From an uncultured Campylobacter sp. (lineage in GTDB: Bacteria; Campylobacterota; Campylobacteria; Campylobacterales; Campylobacteraceae): a DNA stretch of 32,000 nt. How positions within the stretch are numbered: position 1 is the stretch's first letter; every line of letters begins with the position of its first letter. The notes under the pieces were generated by a model. It saw nothing but the letters and a program-made list of their open reading frames with translations. It was not told the DNA's origin and searched no databases. This document shows, in pieces, positions 17,618 to 26,500 of this stretch. The position numbers and the translations under genes were made by a program. The stretch lies in contig NZ_CALLWC010000066.1 of NCBI RefSeq assembly GCF_938015785.1, positions 12,906-44,905 of the forward strand, given 5' to 3'.

Positions 17618-18072
17618 AGCTTCTCGACCTCAAACAGCGCCATAGCGTATTCGACGGGTTGTCCGTCTTCGACGAGAGCTTTTTTGATGCGGCAGTCGAA
17701 TTCCGCTTCGATCTCGTTCATAATCTTCATCGCTTCGATGATGCCGATCGTATCGCCCTTATGCACGACCTGGCCTACGCTTACGAACTCTGCCGCACCG
17801 GGGCTCGGCGCCTTATAAAAAGTGCCAACCATCGGGCTGTCGATCGTATCCATCGAGCCTTTTGTGGCGGGCTTGTCGCCCACGAGCACGTTTACTGAAG
17901 GCGCAGCAAGCTGCGGAGCGGGTGTCGGTGCGGCGAGCTGAGGCGTGCTCCCACCGCATGGGCCATATTTTTTTATCTCGATTTCAAAATCTTTATCTTT
18001 AATTTTTAGCTCGTTAATGCCTTGCTTTTCGCCGAAAAAGTCCATTAACTCTTTGATTTCTGCTTTTGTCAT
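17614..18072 (-). CDS. accB: Acetyl-CoA carboxylase biotin carboxyl carrier protein
   Basis: Pro/Ala linker (PQLAAPTPAPQLAAP) and the biotinyl-lysine motif IEAMKIMNEIEA. 152 aa. Confidence 0.95.
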   Translation of the reverse strand: MTKAEIKELMDFFGEKQGINELKIKDKDFEIEIKKYGPCGGSTPQLAAPTPAPQLAAPSVNVLVGDKPATKGSMDTIDSPMVGTFYKAPSPGAAEFVSVGQVVHKGDTIGIIEAMKIMNEIEAEFDCRIKKALVEDGQPVEYAMALFEVEKL

Positions 18073-18485
18073 AAATTTCTCCTGAAAAAATTTGCGAAAT
18101 TTTAGCTAAATTTTTATAATTGTTTCTTTAAATGGATTTTTGCGGGACTTTTAAGAAGTGCAAAGCAAAATTTACGACAGAATTTGCGGACTGATTTTAA
18201 GGATTTATAGGCTGCGATTTGCCTCGTTCATTTTAAGCTCGAACTTCGCAAGCGAAACACGAAATTTTGCCGCAAGAACGTAAAATTATTTTGAATTCTT
18301 TAAAATTTATACTTCATTTTACGACTAGAATTCTACGCTTTAAACGTTAGATTCCGCGCTTTGCTTTAAAATTCCACCTTCGGGCTCGTATCAAAATCCT
18401 GTGCCTTGCTTTTCTTTAAAATTTTATACCGAAATTTTATTTTAAAGCCTCGCGCCGAAATTCTATCCGCGCGAAACCCTATGCG

Positions 18486-19544
<1,059 letters not shown>

Positions 19545-19615
19545 TTAAAAAGTGATAAAATTTTTATAATTTAAGCAAAATTCTAGCATAAAATTTTTAT
19601 TATATTTTATTTTGC

Positions 19616-19624
19616 TGCTATAAT
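19616..19624 (+). promoter_or_regulatory. Candidate extended -10 promoter (TGCTATAAT) for dcd-topA
   Basis: TGnTATAAT lies at 19616-19624, 35 nt upstream of the dcd ATG. The upstream region is A/T-rich and periodic, and the RBS AAGGAAA is at 19648-19654. Confidence 0.45.
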
Positions 19625-19658
19625 GCGCGAAAAATTTTGATTATTTTAAGGAAATTTT

Positions 19659-20222
19659 ATGGGACTGAAAAGCGATAAATGGATCAGACAGATGTCGCAG
19701 CAGCACGATATGATAGCGCCCTTTTGCGAGGAAAATATCGGTCGCGGCGTCGTTAGCTACGGACTTTCTAGCTACGGATACGACATACGCGTAGCGCGCG
19801 AATTTAAAATTTTTACAAACGTCGGTGGAACGGTCGTCGATCCTAAAAATTTCGACGCAAAAAACGTCGTGGATTTTGAGGGCGACGTCTGCATCGTGCC
19901 GCCGAATTCCTTCGCGTTAGCGCGCACTATCGAATACTTCAAAATGCCGCGCGACGCGCTTGCGATCTGCCTGGGTAAAAGCACCTATGCGCGCTGTGGC
20001 ATCATCGTAAACGTAACGCCCTTTGAGCCCGGTTTTGAGGGGCACATCACGATTGAAATTTCCAACACCACGCCGCTGCCTGCAAAAATTTACGCGAACG
20101 AAGGCATCGCGCAGGTTTTGTTTCTGCAAGGAGATGAGCCGTGCGAGGTGAGCTACTGCGACAAAAAGGGCAAATACCAAAGCCAAAAGGGCATCACGCT
20201 GCCTAGAATTCTAAAGGATTAA
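19659..20222 (+). CDS. dcd: dCTP deaminase
   Basis: [11 protein letters not shown] and [30 protein letters not shown] are typical Dcd motifs. 187 aa. Confidence 0.95.
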   Translation: MGLKSDKWIRQMSQQHDMIAPFCEENIGRGVVSYGLSSYGYDIRVAREFKIFTNVGGTVVDPKNFDAKNVVDFEGDVCIVPPNSFALARTIEYFKMPRDALAICLGKSTYARCGIIVNVTPFEPGFEGHITIEISNTTPLPAKIYANEGIAQVLFLQGDEPCEVSYCDKKGKYQSQKGITLPRILKD

Positions 20223-20225
20223 ACA

Positions 20226-22457
20226 ATGAAAAATTTAATCATCGTAGAATCCCCGGCAAAAGCCAAAACGATCAAAAATTTCTTAGGCGACGATTACGAC
20301 GTCATCGCGTCTAAAGGACATATCCGCGATCTGCCGCAGAAAAAATTCGGCATTAAAATCAAAGATAAAAGCTTCGAGCCCGAATACGAAATTAGCGCCG
20401 ACCACGATCAGATCGTAAAGCAGATAAAGACGCTCGCCAAAAAGGCGGATCAAATTTATCTCGCGACGGACGAGGACCGCGAGGGCGAGGCGATCGCCTA
20501 TCATATCGCCGCTTCAATCGGCAAGCAAGCGGAGGATCTGCCGCGCATCGTATTTCACGAGATCACCAAAAGCGCGATCTCAAACGCGCTAAGCTCGCCG
20601 CGCAAGCTAAATATCGCAAGCGTAAACGCCCAACAAGCGCGCCGCCTGCTCGATCGCATCGTGGGTTACAAGCTAAGCCCGCTTTTAAATTTAAAGATCC
20701 AGCGCGGCTTAAGCGCGGGTCGCGTCCAAAGCGCTGCGCTTAAGATCGTCGTCGATCGCGAGCGTGAAATTTTAAATTTTAAGCCGGTAGAATTTCACAG
20801 CATCGACGCGGTTTTTAAAAAGGACTTGGAAGCCGAGCTCGTGGAATTTCGCGGCGAAAAAATGGAAAAGCTCTCGGTTAAAAACGCGGCGCAGGCTAGC
20901 GAGATCGTCTCTGAGCTGCAAAAAGACAGATTTAGCGTAGAGAGTATCGAGAGCAAATCGCGCAAGACGAACCCCTACCCGCCGTTTATGACCTCGACGC
21001 TGCAGCAGGCGGCGAGCACGGCTCTGGGCTTTAATCCGCGCAAGACGATGAGCCTCGCGCAGAGCCTTTACGAAGGCGTCAATACCAAAAACGGCGGCGC
21101 GATCACCTATATGCGAACCGACTCGCTAAATATCGCTAAAGAAGCAATCGTAGCGGCTCGCGAGCTGATCGGTGAGCGCTTCGGCGAAAAATATCTGCCC
21201 AAAAGCCCGAATTTATACGCCACCAAAAGTAAAGGCGCGCAGGAAGCGCACGAAGCGATACGGCCTACCGATCTAAAGCTTACCCCCGAGCTCGCGCAAA
21301 AAATCCTGCCTCGCGACGAATACCGCCTTTACGCGCTCATCTATAACCGCTTCGTAGCCTCACAGATGAGCCCTAGCGTCTCGCAGATCCAAACGATCAT
21401 CGTACGCGGCGAAGCGGGCGCATTTAAGATCAGCGGGCGTAAAGTGGAATTTGACGGATTTTACAAGGCTTACGGCGATCTGGATAAGGATAAAATTTTA
21501 CCGAGCCTTAGCGCGGGCGACGCGATGAGCCTGCAAAGCCTAAGTTCGCAGCAGCACTTCACCGAGCCGCCGGCGCGCTATTCGGAAGCGAGCCTCATCA
21601 AAAAGCTCGAAAGCCTCGGCATTGGCAGGCCCTCGACTTATGCGCCTACCATCTCGCTGCTTACGGCGCGCAACTACGTAAATATCGAGCAAAAGCACCT
21701 GGTGCCGAGCGAGATCGCCTTTAAGATCACCGAGATGCTGGAGCAAAATTTTAAAAACATCGTCGATAGCGAGTTTACCTCCAAAATGGAGGAGAAGCTC
21801 GACGACATCGCCGAAAACAAAGCGGACTGGCAGCAAATTTTGGCGGATTTTTACTACCCTTTTATGGACGAGATCGCCAAAGGAAAAACGTCGATCGTAA
21901 GCCAAAAGCTAGCCGAAAAGATCGGCGAAGCATGCCCGAACTGCGGCGGCGAGCTACTTAAGAGGCAGGGCAGATTCGGCGAGTTTATCGCTTGCTCGAA
22001 CTATCCGAAATGCAAATACTCGCGCAACGCGGACGCCAGCGCCGAGGGGGCAAGCGAGGAGAAGGCGGCGCCCGAAGTACTAGATGAGAAATGCCCGCAG
22101 TGCGGTAAAAATTTAATCAAGCGCAAAGGCAGATACGGCGAGTTTATCGCTTGCGAGGGCTATCCGAAGTGCAAATACTCGCGCAAAATCGAGGGTGCGG
22201 CAAAGGAGAAAAAACCGCTGCTCTCCACGGGCGTTAAGTGTCCGAGCTGCGGCACGGGCGAGATCGTCGAGCGCTTCTCTAGACGCGGCAAATTTTACGG
22301 CTGCACGAACTACCCTAAATGCGGCTTTGTGAGCAACTACGCGCCGATCGCGCGCGCATGCCCGCAGTGCGGCAACTCATACATGCTCCGCAAAGAGCTG
22401 AAAAAAGGCAACTTCGCCGAGTGCCCGCAGTGCAAGCTTAAAGAAGAGATCGATTGA
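20226..22457 (+). CDS. topA: DNA topoisomerase I
   Basis: TOPRIM N-terminus LIIVESPAKAKTI and DEDREGEAIA. Active-site Tyr region GAITYMRTDS. Four C-terminal C4 zinc ribbons (CPNCGG...CSNYPKC, CPQCGK...CEGYPKC, CPSCGT...CTNYPKC, CPQCGN...CPQC). 743 aa. Confidence 0.95.
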   Translation: MKNLIIVESPAKAKTIKNFLGDDYDVIASKGHIRDLPQKKFGIKIKDKSFEPEYEISADHDQIVKQIKTLAKKADQIYLATDEDREGEAIAYHIAASIGKQAEDLPRIVFHEITKSAISNALSSPRKLNIASVNAQQARRLLDRIVGYKLSPLLNLKIQRGLSAGRVQSAALKIVVDREREILNFKPVEFHSIDAVFKKDLEAELVEFRGEKMEKLSVKNAAQASEIVSELQKDRFSVESIESKSRKTNPYPPFMTSTLQQAASTALGFNPRKTMSLAQSLYEGVNTKNGGAITYMRTDSLNIAKEAIVAARELIGERFGEKYLPKSPNLYATKSKGAQEAHEAIRPTDLKLTPELAQKILPRDEYRLYALIYNRFVASQMSPSVSQIQTIIVRGEAGAFKISGRKVEFDGFYKAYGDLDKDKILPSLSAGDAMSLQSLSSQQHFTEPPARYSEASLIKKLESLGIGRPSTYAPTISLLTARNYVNIEQKHLVPSEIAFKITEMLEQNFKNIVDSEFTSKMEEKLDDIAENKADWQQILADFYYPFMDEIAKGKTSIVSQKLAEKIGEACPNCGGELLKRQGRFGEFIACSNYPKCKYSRNADASAEGASEEKAAPEVLDEKCPQCGKNLIKRKGRYGEFIACEGYPKCKYSRKIEGAAKEKKPLLSTGVKCPSCGTGEIVERFSRRGKFYGCTNYPKCGFVSNYAPIARACPQCGNSYMLRKELKKGNFAECPQCKLKEEID

Positions 22458-23389
22458 TAATAGGCGTCATCTCGGACTCTCATCGCGAAACGAAAGTCGC
22501 TGCCAGCGCCATAGAGTGGCTGCTCGCGCGCGGAGCGGATCTGCTCGTGCACGCAGAGGGCATCGTTGCGAGCGAGACGCTGCGGCTTTTGCGACAAAGC
22601 GGCAAGCCCTACTTCGCGGTTTTAGGGAACAACGACGAAGCGCTTACCGAGTTTAAAAATGAGTTCGACCTACGGGGTGAGCCCTTCTGCACGGAGTTTG
22701 CCAGGCTGCGACTAAAAATAATGCACCATCCGTTTTATCTTTTTGACGAAGAACCCGCGACGCAAAACGAAGCAGGCGGATTAAATTTAGACGCGGATTT
22801 AGGTGCGGGTGCGGATCGCGGGGAAATTTTAATCTCAAATTCTAAAACAGCGAGTTGCTCGGCAAATTTAGACGCAAATTTTAATGCTGCGGACGTTGAT
22901 GAAATTTTAAATGGCGCGCGCGGTGCAGATGCAAATTTTAAAAACATACGTAGCGCGAGCGCGAATTTCAAAGGCGGGCAATCCGCAAGTCTAAATGTGA
23001 GCTTGGGCGTGAATACAGGCGAGGATGTAAACTCAAACGCAAATTTAGACTTAAGTCTGGGCGCATACTCGGCCTCAAGCCCGAACGCAAATTTAAACTC
23101 AAATTTAACCGCAAGTTCAGACCCTAATACAAGCGGCGAAAGTAAAAATCGGGGTCCGTGCGAGCGCGGCGCGGATAAAATTTCAACCATCAAAATTTAC
23201 GGCCACACTCACTTTTTCGCCGCGGCGATAGATAAAAACGGCGCGCTCGTGCTAAATCCGGGCGAGATTTACGGGCACAAAAAGCGGCTTTTCGATTTGC
23301 CTGTGTTGTGGTGCAAGAGTGAAAATTGCGCATATTTCGTCTCCGCTCGCAGCGCAAAGAACTATAAAGCGACCGAAAGGAAGTCTTAA
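22454..23389 (+). CDS. YfcE/MJ0936-type metallophosphoesterase carrying a ~145-aa low-complexity insertion
   Basis: Motifs are present in order: GVISDSH (DxH), VLGNND (GNxD), IMHH, YGHTH, LNPGE. The HH and GHTH motifs are 157 residues apart, against roughly 20-25 in the family members I recall. The TTG start overlaps the topA stop (TTGA). Confidence 0.75.
   Translation: MIIGVISDSHRETKVAASAIEWLLARGADLLVHAEGIVASETLRLLRQSGKPYFAVLGNNDEALTEFKNEFDLRGEPFCTEFARLRLKIMHHPFYLFDEEPATQNEAGGLNLDADLGAGADRGEILISNSKTASCSANLDANFNAADVDEILNGARGADANFKNIRSASANFKGGQSASLNVSLGVNTGEDVNSNANLDLSLGAYSASSPNANLNSNLTASSDPNTSGESKNRGPCERGADKISTIKIYGHTHFFAAAIDKNGALVLNPGEIYGHKKRLFDLPVLWCKSENCAYFVSARSAKNYKATERKS
22745..23180. 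repeat. Intragenic RAATTY-rich low-complexity DNA
   Basis: Thirteen RAATTY hexamers start at 22783, 22824, 22838, 22864, 22876, 22902, 22933, 22963, 23041, 23089, 23101, 23178 and 23193; the last lies just past the feature end. Recurrent GCAAATTTAGAC, GCAAATTTTAA and GCAAATTTAAAC words occur. The stretch is open on the + strand and also on the - strand (ORF 22735-23193). Confidence 0.75.
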
Positions 23390-23390
23390 A

Positions 23391-23498
23391 ATGATACGAA
23401 AAGCCCCTGGAGCAGCCAGAGAAAATGCTAGAAAGATGCGAAAAAATTCTAAAGCAGCGCGGGAAAAATATAAAAGGGTGCGAGGTCAAAGCGTATGA
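23391..23498 (+). CDS. Candidate 35-aa highly basic small ORF coupled to the antiporter gene
   Basis: Hand translation: MIRKAPGAARENARKMRKNSKAAREKYKRVRGQSV, with 13 of 35 residues Lys or Arg. The RBS AAAGGAAG lies 7 nt upstream. The ATG starts 1 nt after the yfcE-like stop. Its TGA overlaps the antiporter ATG (ATGA at 23495-23498). No homology evidence is available. Confidence 0.3.
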   Translation: MIRKAPGAARENARKMRKNSKAAREKYKRVRGQSV

Positions 23499-24634
23499 AT
23501 GAAATTTACGTCCTAATCGCGTTATCGTTTTTGATCTTTGCTTCGCCATTTTTGGCTAGCTTAGCTAGAATTCCGCTCTCGCCCATGGAGATCATGCTTG
23601 GCATCATAGCTGCAAATTTAGGGCTTTTGCCGCCAAGCGCGACCTTCGATCTAGCCGCTCAGATCGGCCTTTGCTACCTTATGTTTTTGGCGGGCTGCGA
23701 GGTGGATTTCCGCGCGCTGCTTGCGATGCCGCGTAAAATTCTGCGGCTGATCCTAATCTTTTTGGCGCTGCTTTATATCCTAAGCGCGCTTGCGGTTTGG
23801 GTGTTTGAACTGCCGCAGATGCTTATCATCGCAGCGCCTCTGATGAGCGTCGGGCTGCTTTCGGCGCTGTATAAGGAGTACGGTAAGGATCAAGCGTGGC
23901 TCAATCTCGCAATGCCCGCGGGCGTAATCGGCGAGCTCATCAGCATCGCCGCTCTCACGGTGGGCGGCATCTACCTTAAAAACGGCTTCGGCGTGGAGAT
24001 GGCGCTTCACATCGGCGCGCTTTTGGGCTTTTCGGTTGCCGCTCTTGCGGTTTTTAAAGGGCTTGAAATTCTATTTTGGTGGTTTCCCGCGCTAAAAACG
24101 GTCATCATGCCCAAATACGACAAAAACGAAAAGGACGTGCGATTTGCGATGGCGCTATTTTGCCTCATCTGCGCGGGGGTGATGCTTTTGGGGCTTGAGG
24201 TCGTAATCGGCGCCTTCATCGCAGGCACCTTTCTGCCGACCTTTTTCTCGCATAAGGACGATCTCATCGAAAAGCTATCGTCGTTCGGCTTCGGCTTTTT
24301 GGTGCCGATATTTTTCATACACACCGGAGCCGTAATCAAGCTAGAAGCGCTTCTTATGCCTGGAGTGATGAGCTTTGCCGCAAGCCTGGCGGCACTGATG
24401 TTTGGCATCAGGCTGCTTGCGAGCGCTACGTTTTTAAGCACTCTGGGGCGCAAAGGCGCGGCGCTTTTCGCGCTATCGCTATGCATGCCGCTAACCCTCG
24501 TCATCGCTACGGCGACACTTTTTTACTCCACCGCCGCGATCTCGCAAGAGATATACTTCGCGATGATTATTGCCTCGCTCATAGAGGCGCTTGCATCGAT
24601 GATTTTGATAAATTTGATTTACAAGAAATTTTAG
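23495..24634 (+). CDS. Cation:proton antiporter (Na+/H+ exchanger fold, membrane domain only)
   Basis: 379 aa with about 11-12 hydrophobic segments. The N-terminus (LIALSFLIFASPFLASLARIPLSPMEIMLGIIAANLGLLP) is typical of the CPA family. There is no C-terminal KTN/RCK domain. Confidence 0.75.
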   Translation: MNEIYVLIALSFLIFASPFLASLARIPLSPMEIMLGIIAANLGLLPPSATFDLAAQIGLCYLMFLAGCEVDFRALLAMPRKILRLILIFLALLYILSALAVWVFELPQMLIIAAPLMSVGLLSALYKEYGKDQAWLNLAMPAGVIGELISIAALTVGGIYLKNGFGVEMALHIGALLGFSVAALAVFKGLEILFWWFPALKTVIMPKYDKNEKDVRFAMALFCLICAGVMLLGLEVVIGAFIAGTFLPTFFSHKDDLIEKLSSFGFGFLVPIFFIHTGAVIKLEALLMPGVMSFAASLAALMFGIRLLASATFLSTLGRKGAALFALSLCMPLTLVIATATLFYSTAAISQEIYFAMIIASLIEALASMILINLIYKKF

Positions 24635-24639
24635 GGCGG

Positions 24640-24725
24640 GGTTTTAAAATTTTGAAATTATAGGATTTTGGAATTTTAGAATTTCAAAATTTCGCGAAAT
24701 TTTAGAATTCTATAAAATTTGATTT
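24640..24725. repeat. Dense RAATTY word array (8-10 nt spacing)
   Basis: Hexamer starts are at 24647, 24671, 24679, 24687, 24697, 24705 and 24715. The near-misses GAAATTA and GGAATTG also occur. The array lies between the antiporter stop and the orphan gene stop. Confidence 0.8.
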
Positions 24726-24751
24726 GATACGGAATTGAAATAGAGTTAAAT

Positions 24752-25219
24752 TTAAAGTCCTATTTTGTGGCGTGATTGGTTGAATCTTGTAGTTCCATAG
24801 TGTAGTTTTGGATTTGTTCCCGAGTAGAATAACCATACGCTTTTAATATTACATTCAACAAGCTTCATTATATCGCTTGCCGACAAAAGAGGTGTTTGCT
24901 TTGGATTTAGATTGAGCAGTTTCCAAATTCTATGGAATTCTTCGGGTCTCAATGCTTCGTCGATATCATAATCAAGAGTGACTTCAATAACTTCACCATT
25001 ATAATATAAAATCCAAATTCCTTTAGAATCAGTGCCATGGTCATAGTCTGGATCAGGAAAGCTATATACGGGCATTAGCCAACAATCCGCATCTCGATCA
25101 ATAGTCCAATCAAGCTCGTTAATAAAAGCCTCATAGTATGGATTATATTTGTAGTAAATTTCACTCAATCCATACTTTTCATCATCCTCTTTGGTGATGA
25201 TTGCATTTTCAAATGCCAT
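24752..25219 (-). CDS. Hypothetical acidic protein, compositionally foreign (low GC)
   Basis: 155-aa ORF with a strong RBS (AAGGAG 5 nt upstream of the ATG). It is rich in Asp, Glu, Tyr and Trp. Two 60-nt lines counted by hand (24781-24840 and 24961-25020) give 38% and 27% GC. The equivalent line in the neighbouring antiporter gene (24361-24420) gives 58%. No family recognised. Confidence 0.6.
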   Translation of the reverse strand: MAFENAIITKEDDEKYGLSEIYYKYNPYYEAFINELDWTIDRDADCWLMPVYSFPDPDYDHGTDSKGIWILYYNGEVIEVTLDYDIDEALRPEEFHRIWKLLNLNPKQTPLLSASDIMKLVECNIKSVWLFYSGTNPKLHYGTTRFNQSRHKIGL

Positions 25220-25571
25220 CTATGCTCCTTGAGATTTAAAATTTAGCGTGCAAACAGAAATTTCAAGCGCAAATTTTATGCAAAATTTCGCGACGCAGCC
25301 GAAACGACAAGCATGGAAATTCCAAACTCGCCGCGCTTAAAGATAGACCTACGAGCTTGCCGCGACCGCTAACTCTGCTCGCCGCGAACATATTTGCTCT
25401 CTAGCCGCGGCAAAGCAAAAGCGGCTCGTCAGCAAAGCTAGCGATAAAAATTAATCGCAGCAACCCATCCGCAAGAAGCATAACTGCACTATTTACGGGC
25501 GGGCTAACAAAGTCATGGCGGCGAGCCGATTAAAATTTAAGCTTTAGCTTGCGGCGCTTAAAAGCCGACTT

Positions 25572-25620
25572 AAGCCTAGACGCAGTACGGGCGATGTACC
25601 GCGACACGGCGTCTAAGCTT
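25572..25620 (-). terminator. Possible terminator hairpin after the USP gene
   Basis: AAGCCTAGACGC (25572-25583) pairs with GCGTCTAAGCTT (25609-25620) with one mismatch. The 25-nt loop contains a nested GTAC...GTAC stem. The hairpin starts 4 nt past the stop, and only a short TTTT follows on the minus strand. Confidence 0.3.
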
Positions 25621-25624
25621 CAAG

Positions 25625-26479
25625 CTACATTAAGACCGGAATTTTGGTCTTTTGCAGGAAGTATTTCGACGCGCCGCCTAGGAATATCTCCTTTATGCCG
25701 CTGTCTGAGTGCAAGCCCGCTACGATAAGGTCGAAATCGCCCGCGTCGGCATACTCTAGTAGCACCTGTCCCGGGATCTTGCCCTCGGCATTTAACGCCT
25801 CAAAAACATCGATTTTAACGTCATGCAAGGCTAGATAGTCGCTTATGCGGCGCTTCGTTTCGGCAAGATCATCTTGAAGGTAGTGATTTGCGGTAATGAC
25901 GGTGACGGATTTGGCGCGCTGTAAAAGCTCCAGCCAATTATCAAGCGCCCTTGCAGACGCCGCAGTGCCGGTAAGCGAGACTAAAATTTTATCCGCCCTA
26001 AACTCCTGCAGCTTGCGCGGTATGACGATGCAAGGCTTGCCGCTTTTGGTGACCGCCGCTTCGAACGTGCCAGTGATAGAGCCCGTAGGCGGCACGGAGA
26101 CCAGCACCAAATCGCAATATTTGGAGTATTTCTCGACCAGCTCGGAGCGGATACCCACCATATGCCTCAAAGCGGCGCTATTTGGGACGTGATCGTCGTC
26201 GTTTTGATCTAAGCCCAGCTTGGCGCATTCAGCGTCGAAGATAGCTTTGATCACCTCGCGCTCGGCCTGCATCTCATCGCCCGCGGATTTTAAAAACTCC
26301 TCCATCAGCACGCCGCCTTTTAGCGTCATACGCACATTGTAGATCATCTTAGGATCGAGCTGGCACGCCATTATGTTTATGTGCGTACCGAAAAATTTAT
26401 TCACTAGCAGCGCTCCGTGTATGCGCTCTGCCAGCTCCTCGCCGCCGCCGATAGGGAAAAATATCTTTTTAAGCTGCAT
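25625..26479 (-). CDS. Universal stress protein family protein (tandem USP domains)
   Basis: 284 aa in two USP-sized halves. The C-terminal LIVAGLHSDSGIKEIFLGGASKYFLQKTKIPVLM fits the USP G-x2-G-x9-G-S/T nucleotide-binding end motif. RBS AGGAG. Confidence 0.75.
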   Translation of the reverse strand: MQLKKIFFPIGGGEELAERIHGALLVNKFFGTHINIMACQLDPKMIYNVRMTLKGGVLMEEFLKSAGDEMQAEREVIKAIFDAECAKLGLDQNDDDHVPNSAALRHMVGIRSELVEKYSKYCDLVLVSVPPTGSITGTFEAAVTKSGKPCIVIPRKLQEFRADKILVSLTGTAASARALDNWLELLQRAKSVTVITANHYLQDDLAETKRRISDYLALHDVKIDVFEALNAEGKIPGQVLLEYADAGDFDLIVAGLHSDSGIKEIFLGGASKYFLQKTKIPVLM

Positions 26480-26500
26480 CTTTACGCTCCTATTAAAATT

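Noticed and set aside
23495-24634. Linking the CPA-type antiporter with the KefG-like flavoproteins as a Kef glutathione-gated K+ efflux system.
   Set aside because: The genes are more than 14 kb apart and in different transcription units. The antiporter also lacks the KTN/RCK domain through which KefF/KefG act.
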